Shown here: piece by piece, positions 28,301 through 41,200 of the stretch
Layout: every line of letters starts with the position of its first letter
Position numbering within the stretch: position 1 is the first letter of the stretch
Source of the DNA: Trichoplax adhaerens
Taxonomy: Eukaryota; Animalia; Placozoa
DNA: 64,000 nucleotides
Direction of reading: 5' to 3'
NCBI RefSeq assembly: GCF_000150275.1
Contig: NW_002060943.1
Location: 2,446,462-2,510,461, forward strand
Position numbers and translations under genes: made by a program
The notes under the pieces: model-generated
Databases searched by the model: none
Seen by the model: only the letters and a program-made list of their open reading frames with translations
Told to the model about the DNA's origin: nothing

Positions 28301-29770
28301 AAGTGCAGTAAGTAATATTATTAGACCATAATTCGGGCTAGTACCCTAAGGATTACATTGAATGACATTTTCATTTGATCGTTAAACCTAGTGTGCAAAC
28401 GCGTTTTATTTATAAATATTTGATACAAGTGCAGTAATATTATTATACAATAATTTAGACTAGTAGCCTAAGGATTGCATTGAATAAAGGTTTCATTTGA
28501 TCGTTGAATTTAGTGTGGGAAATGGTTGCATTTATTCGCGTGTACACTATATTTTCGGAGAAGATAGACCATGAACACTATTGTCTTAATAGATTACCAA
28601 TTCTAAGCTAGCTTTTACTTTGCTAGAGAGATGTTAGATTAATACTACGGAAATCACCTAGTTCATTGCCTAGGTCATGAAATTGATCTGTAGGCCGAGA
28701 TTGTGCAACCAATCTAATTAAACTCCAAGTGAAATTATTTTGCACGAATGGCGATCGTTTAGCAATGTTTCATACAGTACATGTTATCAATATCCCAACA
28801 AGAACGTATGGCCCGGTCTGATTTAAATAGTAGATACAAGACTCAGGGATATCATAGAACTCATGTTACTGTAAGACAGAACATAGTAGAGAATTTAGTA
28901 ATCTACGAGACGATAACATCCACATTAAGCCATGATAGCTGGGAGGCACCATAGTTACTATTGTTCTGCAAGTCATCCTTGAAAGTATAGTAGACAAGCT
29001 AAGCTACTCTTCCATGCCAGTTGATGGCATTAATCGTTTTTAATTACAACATATTATAAAGAATGGACACTAACATGAGGGATGATTAGTAGACCGTATG
29101 TGCAGCCATGTCTCGATATTTACCGTATTGAATGAAAATGAAATTGATCCAAGGGTCAGTGAGTGGAACAAGACCTAGAGAACTATACGCTGTCTTTATA
29201 TCGTACACTACACAGCGTCTCCATAGGCCCCGCTATCAATCAACTGGTTCTCATAAATTTTATACACGGCCATTATGTATTAGTTATGATTCGATCTACC
29301 TACGATATAATCCGTATGCTATAGTCAGTAGAACTTATAAAGGAATGATGTAGTCAAAGATCATTTATGATAACATAAATAGTAAATAATTGTCATTTCA
29401 ATTGATAGAATAATAATAATACGAATAGTAAGTAGGATCGAATGACTAGTAGGTAAACCTTTGAAAATCAATTAGGCTTGATGCATCTCTTGATTAGATC
29501 TAAATACATCATTCTCTCATTGAAGTATCCTACCGTTAATGTATAAACTACCTGTTTAGTCGATTTCTTGATGCCATCATAAATTTTCCACGAGAGTAAA
29601 GGCCCAGCACTAGCTACATGCTTGATAATTTCATATTCACGACAGACGGGATTTCCCATTAAATTTTCAGCCACAACATTTCTAGCAGTATTGACAGCAC
29701 TTTGTGCAGTATTAACTACTGTTTTCAATCGATCCACAAATTTACTCATTTTGTCACTGGTTGTTGCCAT
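22348..29770 (-). CDS. SCYL2: SCY1-like protein 2 (CVAK104): pseudokinase + HEAT repeats + long Q/N/P-rich tail, multi-exon
   Basis: First exon 29552-29770 (GNPVCREYEIIKHVASAGPLLSWKIYDG). Also LTKLRHPRFL, SLAFATEPVFASLAN, degenerate catalytic loop IHGNVTPES, WKLAGL in place of DFG, PELNYLAPE, and HEAT-like exons at 24090-25990. Last exon 22348-23682 ends DLKDIFG, resembling the vertebrate SCYL2 C-terminus. Confidence 0.93.
28288..28517. repeat. Two-copy ~127-bp tandem duplication in SCYL2 intron 1
   Basis: AAATATTTGATACAAGTGCAGTAA...CTAAGGATT.CATTGAAT...TTTCATTTGATCGTT...TAGTGTG starts at ~28288 and again at ~28415. Confidence 0.8.
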
Positions 29771-29879
29771 GTTGTCTGCTGTTTTAGATCATCCCTCTGA
29801 CTCGATATCTAGAACTTAATAAGTGCCTGAGTTGATTGCTGTTGAGATTTTTTCCTTCAATGAACATATAATATTATAA

Positions 29880-29945
29880 TATGTATACCTATATATATAT
29901 ATATATGTATATATATATGTATACTATATATGTATATGTATATTA
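29880..29945. repeat. (TA)n / TATG microsatellite upstream of SCYL2
   Basis: Directly visible ATATATAT...ATGTATATAT run. Confidence 0.85.
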
Positions 29946-29999
29946 TAGGTATCTGACTTTTTATCTAAATCTGAATGCATTGCGCAATGACGTAACGGA

Positions 30000-30205
30000 A
30001 TAAATGGTACAGTGTGCAGTACTGTATGGTGTGCACTGTACACTGTAGTGGACAATAATCTACAGTACAGTACGTCAGTATGAATGCAGTACTGTACAGT
30101 ACGGTACAGTGGCGCAAGCAGTCGTACAGTACTGTAAGATCCAGTCGATTCAACTGTAACCAATATCATGATGTCTCAGTACGACGCTCGTACACTATAC
30201 AGTGT
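30000..30205. promoter_or_regulatory. TACAGT/ACTGTA motif cluster, putative SCYL2 promoter
   Basis: About 13 TACAGT or ACTGTA hexamers in ~200 bp, 230-430 bp upstream of the SCYL2 ATG. Confidence 0.55.
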
Positions 30206-31494
30206 TATATATGAATCAGATCAACAGCAATAGCTGGAGAAGGTTTCTCCCGCTATGCAACAACGAATACAGGCTTTGATTTGCAAGTACAGATATAGAA
30301 TAAAATATAGCATACAAGAGAGGAACTATTTCATACCTAGATGGAATAAAAACACAGATTATGAAGCCTTGAATATTAGGCGTAAAGTATACTGTTATGC
30401 TACTGCAGTGAGTTGAATTAATCGGTTATAATGACTCCGTTGTGGCATGGCAAAGTAAGATAGTCAATTGTACGATACTATCAAGCGACTGCAGTAGTTG
30501 AATAAGCTCAATTCCTAATGTCTTAACCAGAATTGAATACAGTATCGAGATCATCTGGATAAACTGTACTATACGCGACAACTAAATCGACTATGATGAT
30601 GTGGGACATGTATGATAGTAACGACGATCCAAGATTCTGCGAATTAAAATGATGTAATGATTGAATAATAATTATTATACATAATTAGTTAATGTATGTG
30701 ACATACATATAAATAATAGTAAAATACTGTAATATGGCTTTCATTACTTACATCCGATAAAATAGAATAGAAGATTAGTTAGAATCAATTCAATACCAAA
30801 TATTTGATAGGCTAAGTGAAAGTACAGTATTCTCTATTCAGAATCTCCAATCTACACCTAAGTAAAGCATAACAAAAATCTATGCAGCTTATATGCAATT
30901 ATTCTCATTCCCATACAGGATCATACAAGCATTTTCGAATCTAAATTTACAATATAAACGAATTGTAGTCAACTTTCACTTCTTATTAGATTTCTTAACG
31001 TCAATTTATATAAAGTTTTTAATTGGCTTGGTTGCTTTATGAAATAAAATTCATTCATTATCCTTTGCGTCACGGTCCTAAGTATAAACATTTCATGTTA
31101 CAGGGTGACAAAAAATTATCTATCAACGACTTGTCGATACACATAGGTGAAAATAATATATGAATTACAATAATATTGATTTCGTTCTAGACTTCGATTG
31201 CCATTCCTTTCCACGGAATACGAACAACATACAAAATGCTAAATAAGCCCAAGAGGGATTGTAGCTTGATTTCACATATTAAATTCTTACAATTATAAGG
31301 GAGTACGTACGTATATCAATCCTAAATCCTATACGATTCTACATAAAATTTTTTTAATTTCATTGATTTCATCAGACAACAGTATATTATTAAAGTTTTA
31401 ATATCATATGGGATTCTAAATTTAACCATCTTGTTATCTGTCGGAGATTTGAATTTTCCAAGAAAAATTTTGATCCATTGGAATAAGTACATCA

Positions 31495-33787
31495 CTATCG
31501 CAGGGCATTCTTTCGCTGCTTTTTCATCTTTGCCAATAGTTCTTCTTCTCTTTGCTTTCGTTCCTCAATTCTATCTTCTATGCGTCCAATCTTAGAGCTA
31601 TTTGCATATAAAATTATTCCCACAATTTTAGATTAATATCCAATGATTAAATTGAAATATCATGCATGATAATCAGTTCTTGCTTAATGTATTATAATTT
31701 CAATCCAAGCTTTATAAAATGCTACTACATATACCTTCTGGCTTCTTCCTTTTGTATTTGCGAAAAATTAGATTCAGCTATGCGAATCGTTCTTTCTCGA
31801 ATTACATATCTACATTGTGGAAGGTTGAAAAATGATAGGCAATTTGTTAACGTTGCCTCATGCTTAGATTTCGAATGATAAGCACTAAAAAAAACGTCAA
31901 AATTGTACTATACTTTTCAGAGTTTGGATTATATCCTGTAATCTGACTAATTAAGCTGGATATATTATTCTCGGGAAGTTCCGAAGGTTCCGAATCATCA
32001 ATGAAGCCATCAAGATCATTATATTCTTCATAGTGAGGCCTCTTACGCGATATAGTTCGTGCTTTAGAACCTACACATTAAGATTATGATAATAATTATT
32101 CAATTACGTGAATACATACGAAATGATAAAATTAAGAGTATACCACATTAAAGCATCATGCAGATGCTCATTGCGTACAAACACTACACAGATATGTTAA
32201 ATTAGTAATTTTGCATATTGGTATATCATTGTTAAATTTATTTCAATTACTAACCCCAATCTCTTTCAGAGACTCCCGCAATACGTCGGCTAGGTATGAC
32301 GGCAGATGCGGGCTGCCGCTTCTTTTCCTTACTGAAGGGGTTTATCTTTTCGTTCTTACTATTTGAACAAATTCGATCTTTATGAGGTTTGTATTCATGC
32401 TTCTGGGGAAGGACCTCCCGCTTTTTCTCTTGTGGTTTGTTATCTTTCCTTAGCAATGTATTTTTTACTGTTTGACTAAGGCGAGATCGATCCTTAGGAT
32501 CGCCTGCAATAGAGGATGCTTCCCGCAATCTTTTATTATGAGGTTTTGGAGCATTATTAGCAGAGTGGGTATAGACACTCTGACGAATATCCGACTCTTT
32601 CCTGGTACTGTCTGTAGATTTTTCAGCTTTAAGCTGTTGTTCCTTGGCATATTGTAAAAGACTCTGATAGTTATCCAGTTTTGGTACTTTCTTATTACGA
32701 GGCTGCTTATGATTACTATCAACAGACCGATTAATACTATTCTTGTAGTTTACTTTTGCTGTCTTATCATAACCGCCAGTTGATTTCATAATTTTTTTTT
32801 CACCCCCTGAAGGTTTACTGTAATGAATAGCTTTAGAGTTTCCCTTTGAAGGCTTGGCGATTGAGCTATCCTTAGTCGATGGGGTAAGGTTACTTTTCTT
32901 GTTACTTGTAGGTTTTCGGTCTTTTATGTTCCTCAGATCTTGCGGCAACGTTTTATCAGACTTGGCAGTTTGATTGTTGCTTCTATTTACTTTGGCAGGT
33001 TTAGCTGCTGCAGCTTCACCTCTTCCTACTATTCAATTCGAGAGAAATTTCGATGTCAACGACAGGGAGATGAGATGTATCGCCATTTAGTAACATACAC
33101 TACTTTATTGATAAGTTTTCATGAAAATGCTGAATCCTGTTAGTATGAACTTACAGATATCAAAGAAATATGCGCATTTACAATTTATGCAAATAAAGTA
33201 GTATAATATTTTTATAGTATCCACGTCAAACAATCATAGCAAATGTTATTGGTACAGGCGTCAATATCTTGGTAAACTTTCAGGTTCTATATTAATTATA
33301 TCTATTGAATATCATATGATTTCAAATGATGAAAAAAGTTTAACGGATAGTAGTTTTCTGATTTATAGCTTGCTTAGTTACCAACAGAATTTGAGATAGA
33401 AAAGAGAGGTACATTAGATTACATGTAAAAGCAGTAACTCCTAACCTACGATAGGATTTTTCGGTTTGATGCGATGATTTCTGATGGCATGTTCCGTTAT
33501 CTGAGGTTCTGCTTGCTGATTCTTTTTCTTTTCTTCTTCCTGTAGCTGGCGTTTGTCTTCCTCCTTTTGAAACTGTAACATTGGACAATAATTCAATTGG
33601 GATAAACCGCCAACAACAGGTACAGTAGATAAATTTAAGATACTATCTGCACTATACTAAATTAACGGATACTGAAGTTGCAGCCACTGTATACTATAGT
33701 AGTAATACGCATTACTGATGCGCTTACTTGTTGTTCTTTTTTTACTTGATTTTTCGTAGCCAATGCCAATAACTTCTTAAAATCCAT
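31495..33787 (-). CDS. SPTY2D1: SPT2 histone chaperone / chromatin protein homologue, ~6 coding exons
   Basis: Starts MDFKKLLALATKNQ (exon 33728-33787) and has a K/S-rich central exon. C-terminal SPT2 domain reads DLDGFIDDSE...ISQITGYNP...ESNFSQIQKEEARSSKIGRIEDRIEERKQREEE...; TAG at 31495-31497. Confidence 0.88.
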
Positions 33788-34779
33788 AATGACATTATTT
33801 ATGCTTGGGAGAGCGATCTCGAGCCAATAATTAATCTGCTATTTTTATGATAGCTCGCTTATTCTATCTACAACCTATATGCGCGAGAAAAAGCAAATTA
33901 GTAGTGCACACTACACCTGGCCTATGAATGAAATTGCATCGCACAATTTGATACATCTACCTAACGTTAATACTTTATTTATATCATCTCCTTTCTTGAT
34001 ACTCATATACGGACTCAGTCGAAATGGGTAATAAAGATCGCAAGTGAACATTACGATTTGCTATCATTAGCTGATACTATGAAATCCCAAAATAACGACA
34101 AAACCCTACTTAGTATCAGTACATTAAATGCAATGTTGTCTCATCGAACGTGATCAGAGACAACGTAACAGATGAAGAGTTAGTACTGTACAGGGACCAC
34201 ATCGCAGGAATCATCATGGCACAGTCAGTACTCGTACTTAACAAGTTGACAAATTGACAATCCATTCATTGTCAAGACCAGTATCCTTGCATACAAATGT
34301 ACGCATTCATACCGAATGGTACCACCATGTTTCCTCTGCATCGATCTAAAATGGTACTCCCCATTTGGCATAATTTGTAGCAAATGATCAATCATACAAT
34401 TATAATCATTGCCCATGATTATAATACGAATCAAGTCTATCAGTTGTGCAATAAAAGTATCTTGACTAAGCCTACTTGATGATAAAATAGGTATTGCCAT
34501 GCAGTTCAATCTGAATGTTACTTTGTCTTCAGTAAAAATACTGAACCCTTGCTTCAAATAGTTAACCCTTAAGGCGATATGCTTCTAGCCACTTAGAACA
34601 ACTCTATAGAGCATAAATGAATCCAGTAGGTTGCTCAAGTTACCTGAACCGAACGATATCCTGCTGCATGTTTATTCCGATGTCGTTGTTCCTCATCGCC
34701 ATCCTTTTTTTAGCACTGCCGTATTGAAATGACTTTGCTCTGGTTCAAGCTTTTACTTTTGTGGGTATATTACCCTAAC

Positions 34780-35060
34780 AAGTGCTGTACCGTATTACTG
34801 TACTCGTCTCAGTCTCCGTCGTCTTAGTAACCAGACGGTTCAGTCCACGGTCCCCTATACTGTACAGTGTACAGTGTACAGTGTACAGTACAGTCGGTCA
34901 GTCGGCACCAAGTTGACGTTCATTCATTTCATTTTAATTAATGGTTTCCGTACTTCCATCGATGAGGAACTACGCACTCTCTTTCCGTTCCATTCCAGAT
35001 TTTACAGTACTCTGTCCCAATTTTACAGCTTTATCGTACTGTACACTGTAAACTGTGCAT
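34780..35060. promoter_or_regulatory. Putative bidirectional promoter (SPT2 / CCDC59-like) with (TGTACAG)n and TACAGT cluster
   Basis: ACTGTACAGTGTACAGTGTACAGTGTACAGTACAGT at 34859-34894. About 10 hexamers in total lie between the divergently oriented genes. Confidence 0.55.
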
Positions 35061-35127
35061 GCTCCACATTCTCCAGCTCAAGGGTTCTGTGGACTAGAAA
35101 ATATTCAACCTCGGAACTTGAGCAAGT

Positions 35128-37371
35128 ATGGGGCGCAAAAATAAAGGTATTCACAATCATTCTTGGTTATTTTGATAGTGGAGATTGACACAGACTATCA
35201 GATTGATATTGGTGATTAAAGGCCTACAACATGTGCTGTAAAATAACTACAGTTGATTGTACAGTATTGCGTATATTACTTGAAGAAGTTTGGTATGATA
35301 GCTAACGATGACAAGCTCAACTTGCAAGTATCAGATTGATATTGGTGATTATAGGCCTACAATATGTGCTGTAAAATAACTACAGCTGATTGTACATTAT
35401 TGCGTATATTACTTGAAGAAGTTTGGTATGATAGCTAACGATGACAAGCTCAACTTGCAAGTATCAGATTGATATTGGTGATTATAGGCCTACAACATGG
35501 GCTGTAAAATAACTACAGCTGATTGTACAGTATTGCGTATATTACTTGAAGAAGTTTGGTATGATAGCTAACGATGATAGGTTCAACTTACAAGTATCAG
35601 ATTTATATTGGTGATTAAAGGCCTACAACATGTGCTGTAAAATAACTACAGCTGATTGTACAGTATTGCGTATATTACTTGAAGAAGTTTGGTATGATAG
35701 CTAACGATGGTAGCCTCAACTTACAAGCATAGTATATGCGTATGCTTGCCTAATTAATGTCTGGCTTAAGTTTTCGATAAGACCAAACCTTGAGTAGGCA
35801 TAGTTTACTAGCGATAGTTGTGAGTGCAGTTATTTCTTCCTTGAATTGCGTCTATAAATTCATTTTCTTTTTAAGGCTCTACTAAAGATAGCGGAGACAA
35901 GCTTGCTACTTCTAAACAACCTGCTCAGCTTCACCAAAATGATACTGCAACCTTCTCTGATGACAAAAGCGGAATGGTATTGAGTCTATTGACACATAAT
36001 TCGTGTATTAGAGAACTTGAAACTTAACAAATCTCTAGTTTGCCATGATTTTTGCATATTTTATACCCTTTCTTGCTTCTAACAAAACTACACTTCTTTT
36101 TATTCCACTTGTTTTGGGTCTGTTACCCGTATAATATTTGATCTACAGCTAAAACGAAAGCCAACAAAGGGTAAAAAACGGTTCAGCAATAATTATAATA
36201 ATAATAATGATAGGTAAGTAGTATGTACCATTGTTATCTTAAATACCTAAAAGCTGTCAGTCTGCATTTATTCATAGTTGAAACACCAAATTGTACAAGT
36301 ATAGTATAATGTGATAGAATGTGAACTAGTTACGTTACAATATTGCGAACTTGTATTCCCGTTGGGGTCACAGTAGAACTATTATAAACTTATAGTAAAA
36401 ATAAGCTAACTTACCGTACTATACTCTCAGTAATCCTTATTCCGGACTTGTACGATTCGTATACCTAATCCTACTTCTATTCTGTCTTAGATGCAATTTT
36501 CATAATCTGAGCAAATTATTTACCAATCTGTAATTAATCGACAAAACTCAGCATGTTGCTATTCTGCAGTTCATAGTATATTTTAATATTAATAAATAGG
36601 CACAAATCGGTAGATCCTTTAGCGATTGCGAGAAGGCAATACGTACATGATCAAAATGAGAAAAGGAAGCACAAGGAGGTAATTAATCTGCTCAGCAGGT
36701 TATGTCATCATAACTTCGTTCATATTATCAGTTTTGGTATTGATTTGTACTGTAGTATAGGATGACAAATTAATAGGATTTGATGTCATCATGGCTTCGT
36801 TCGCATCAGTTTTTGCATTGATTTGTGTTTAATGTATGAAAACAAATGACACTTTATCATAGTATTAATGTATTTAACCCAATCTTATCATATAATTACC
36901 AATAGTATAGATAGCTTACTATTAAATTGCGTCAATATTGTTGAACAAGACGTACTATAAAGGTTAAGTATGTTAGTTTCACCTTTGTCAACGGATCGAT
37001 TGGCGTGCGCATAGAACAGTTTTACATGATTTTACATTATACCTTGATATCGCATGTATTCACACACTTACAGCTTTCTACTGATCTGCAATAAAATTTA
37101 CGTATGTGTATGAAGGCGTTGCCTTGTGAGTTTATAGTTATTGTAATGGGATTAATGCTGTAGCTACTATCCAAAAACCTAACGTTCAATGATTGATCTA
37201 ATACAGGAACTAAATCGACAACGCCAACTGAAGGAAGCTGAGATTAAGAAAAAACAAAAAGAAAGACGTAGAACCAGTAGGTTATTAAGAATGAAGACAA
37301 AATCTGGTCAGCCAGTGATGGCTCATAAGATTAATTATTTATTAAATAAACTACAAAAAACTGCCACATAG
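35128..37371 (+). CDS. CCDC59: CCDC59/TAP26 (Fyv7-like rRNA-processing family) small basic protein, 5 exons
   Basis: Exons 35128-35146 (MGRKNK), 35876-35976, 36149-36213, 36600-36678 and 37207-37371 join in phase. C-terminus RRRTSRLLRMKTKSGQPVMAHKINYLLNKLQ matches the Fyv7/TAP26 pattern KT..GQP.M...I..LL.KI. Confidence 0.75.
35197..35727. repeat. Four near-identical 133-bp tandem repeats in intron 1 of the CCDC59-like gene
   Basis: Unit ATCAGATTGATATTGGTGATTA(A/T)AGGCCTACAAC...CAACTT(G/A)CAAGT starts at 35197, 35330, 35463 and 35596. Confidence 0.95.
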
Positions 37372-38299
37372 ATCAGATTTTCGAAATTTTGATTTCACTA
37401 TAAAATAAGAATGTATCAATGGCGCTATTTGGAAAACTTTCCGATAAGCTGTAATAAAACGATATATATTTTAATTAATATCTGTCTTGATTTGTAAGCA
37501 GCGACAATTCTGTCTCTCATACGACCTATCACATGCTAATGCTATGAAATCTAGATAATAAATTGAAGTTATCAATTGATTGTAGAATCATCACGCAAAG
37601 AAGATCTTTATTCAAATCACTACCTCTTATTATGAAGGGATACTGAAGATAATCATTAAAATATCAATTCATCTTGTGCTGTACGATGAAATCACGACAA
37701 CGCCCTATAATTCGATATCTTTTATACCTATGTGGCAATACCCAAACGAAAAATTGTAATAAATATTGCACATACTGTATACGAATATCCAGGAATTTCT
37801 GATTAGTAATAATTTTACGGATTCGCATAGTAACGCAAAATACTGCTCGGTGAAATACCTTCAGATTAGTTTATAAGCAAAACGAAGCGGTTGCGCTCAC
37901 TTACGAAGTGATTATAATTATCAGTTGGCATGTATTCAATGCGATACATCAATGACACACATAATAAATGTAATTAAAAATCGTTAAAGAGTTCAAGAAA
38001 TAAAAGCAATAACAGAAAGAAGTTATTTATCAAGATCATCTCGCTCATTTCATGACTATTCGGTCAAAGGCTTTCGATGATGCTTCAAGCATCTCCATGT
38101 AATTAAGTAAACCATTTCTTATAATGCGACTTTAAGAACAAGAAGGCATTATTGTTCTAGCAAATTAATCTAAATTATATTACAATCTAAACGGTGTCCA
38201 AGAACCGTAATTAATTTTATTTTAAAGTCGGTAAACTCGTACTTGTCCCTTGGAATGCTAGTCCCATCTTCGAAAGCGGTGTGTAACGATAGATTTTAA

Positions 38300-41200
38300 T
38301 TATTTATTGGTAGCAGCTGGGTCGCCTTTCAGTTCTTCATTAGCCTAATTTTTTTTGTTAATAGCTGTAAGTGCTTGCAAATACTACAGCAGATACCATC
38401 CTAAAGAAAATACTAACCCCAGTATCTTCATCGCTAAGTAATAGAAATGCCTCCGGATGCTTCTTTCTGAGAGCTTGATAGCGAGCTTTCTTGTAGTACT
38501 ATAAGATACATTGAAGACAAGTTGTTTCATTTCCGTCAGAGTAAATTTATACCAACACAATTAACTTACAATTCCGAGACTTTTCCAATCAAGCATATCA
38601 CTTAAACGTTCAGTACGATTTCTTTGGATTATGCGTTGTCTCCTCGACATTTTACAGAAATCGAATAGTATCTATAAAAATATTTTAGTTTTACATAACA
38701 TCAGTTTTTAAGAATGAATATCTAACATTGTTGATTGTTAAAGTTCTAAACTTACATCAGCCAGTTCCTGAATAGACTCATCGACGCCTTTATACCGACG
38801 ATCCACAATATAAATCCCGTAAGAGGAAGGATCTCTTAAATGTTCTCCCATAAAGCTACCAAAACCTGACAAGTTCGTGGTTACTGAAGGAATGCCCATC
38901 ACGGTACATTCAGCTAAATAAAATATACGTAAACGGAAGAATTAAGATACTAATAAGTACCGTAACAAAATATTAGCAAATTCTATTTCACATTTATACT
39001 ACACATATTTGTAGTCATTTTCGTAGTAACATGCGTATACATTAAATTGTGAACTATTAGTGATTGAATAGAAAAAACACGATAAATGATCCTACACTAT
39101 CAGCATAAATTAAACCTGGTGTATAACCCCACGGCTCATAGTAGGAAGGGAAAACACCAAGATGGCAGCCTCGTATAAATTCTTCGTAGTCAATGGAAAA
39201 TAATGCATTTGTTGGTGACAGGAATTCAGGATGGAAAATAACCTGATAAAGATTTAGAAATAATGAAGTGGTTCTAAGCTTATTAGATAGCAAATAAATA
39301 AAAAATATTAATTACATACCTTTACTCTATCATTGTGATCGTTGAATAATCTAACTCTTCTAATATGGTTTAATACCAAGTCACCATCACTATCGACTAC
39401 ATTGTGCGTTACAACAGGTGGTAGTTGTGGCCTCTGTTTTATGAAATTGATAAAATAAACTTCTTTATTAACTTCGATTTTATAGCAATTTCTAGACTAC
39501 ATCATTAATGCTTCTTACTTGCGCAGCATAAATACATCGCTTTAATTGTAAAAAGTCGTCTTTATCAAGTAAATCTTTCCCATCTATAATTTCGCCCCTA
39601 AATTTTAAAGTCGTAGTTAGAATAGCTTCACCTTTTTTATCTTGAGTATAATCTAAAACGAAAACTTACATTAAAGCTTTCTCAAACAATTTTGCTCCCA
39701 TCTTGCCTTGTATATGATTAACAATTTCTCTATAAGCAAATTTAAAGTTAAGAAATATCATAAATAGTTAATTGAAAAAGTAATAAAAATCATAGTCACT
39801 TGTTGCAGTGTAACTGTCAAACAATAGATGATCGTTACCTTAACTGCTTGGTAGAAGCCTGACTTTTAAGGGAATCAACGTTGAAATTATTTGTTTTAGT
39901 AGGCATGATGATGAATGCAACAACAGTGTAATCACTTCCAGATGACTATTAATATTAAAATAACATTCATTTTATTGATGAGACCAAATTAAAGCTATCA
40001 ACAATATTTAAAAAAAAATAATGCAATATCAATGATTAAAAAAGATATCCTACCTGCAACATGTAATTTAATCGAGCAAGCGATTCAATGAACATGTCAG
40101 CACCTTTATTGAAATATTCGTATCTAGGATAAGAAATAAAAATATTTATTATAGATAGTGATTTACAATACGTAGAGAAAACTAGGCTAAAGTGAAAATC
40201 ATACCTTCCAGCAATAAAGAAATACAGAGTCTTGTCTAATTTAAAATTGAAATGCCTAACCGAAACATCAGTTTAGATATATGTTTAAGAATGACCTCAC
40301 AATTTGGAATATAAGGCATAAACTCAGAATATAGAAATCGTTAGCTACCCGTGAAAGTGACCACGAATAAATTCATGAATCTTATCTTTAGATTTTGCAT
40401 GAAGGTTTTGGAATTCGTGTAGCGCACTAAAGAGTAAAAGCATAGCGAAAATTATCACGAAAGTGTACATTGCTTCAACACCTACACTCTACATAATATA
40501 AAATTATGAACCTGAATTGCACAACATTAAGTCCATTTGGAGTGACGACATCTAGCAAAATTTGATATATGTAAGCACGATCAATCTTTTGGTAATTATT
40601 ATAAGTAACTCTACTAATTCAGTGATAGCTTAGAAACTAATAACAGTAATTATTCAACCTGGTTTCTTTTTCAGTAAATGTTCCGCTTCTACAGCCGTAA
40701 TCTGTGATACGGTGGTGAAAATGTCAGCTAATGATACTCCAGCACGTTCTAAGCAGTAACGATGATAAATACCACGATCGCCAGCTTCCTGCATTTTACG
40801 TAATTGATTAATCATAATTATTAAATTAATCATTTATGCAATGCAAACAGTATTTATATTAAAAAGAATAAATATGTCTATATTTCAAGGATTACACCTC
40901 GACACCACAATAGGGAGTAATTTTAACGATAATATGAATTCATAATGAGAAATACATTACCTTATCAACGTCAAACTAGGAAGGTGTGTCAAGGGGTCCC
41001 CAAAATTTTAAGACGTAGGCCAGTATAATGGTTAGTATTCATTGTGGTGGTAATCAATAACAACGTAAAATAATTATCAGTATTACAGATTAGAAGTAAT
41101 AGCGTATCCAGAGTTTGTTAAACGCTATCTTTGATTAACTTGATGCAGTTATTAAACAAGATTCATTCAGATGTAGGCAGTATTTTGTAGGACACTTACA

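Noticed and set aside
29924-30169. ORFs rich in TV/YC/LY (also 17440-17688, 34874-35188, 43209-43397)
   Set aside because: By-products of the TACAGT/ACTGTA motif clusters, not protein-like.
32465-33143. Alternative-frame and antisense ORFs over SPT2 (and similar ones over GYS, SCYL2 and RECQL exons)
   Set aside because: Shadows of real coding exons.
34148-34225. Minus-strand ATGATGA...CTGA with a short terminal stem in the putative SPT2 leader intron (C/D snoRNA-like)
   Set aside because: The stem is only ~4 bp with a mismatch, there are no clear C'/D' boxes, and I could not find a convincing rRNA-complementary guide. A snoscan or small-RNA check would be needed.
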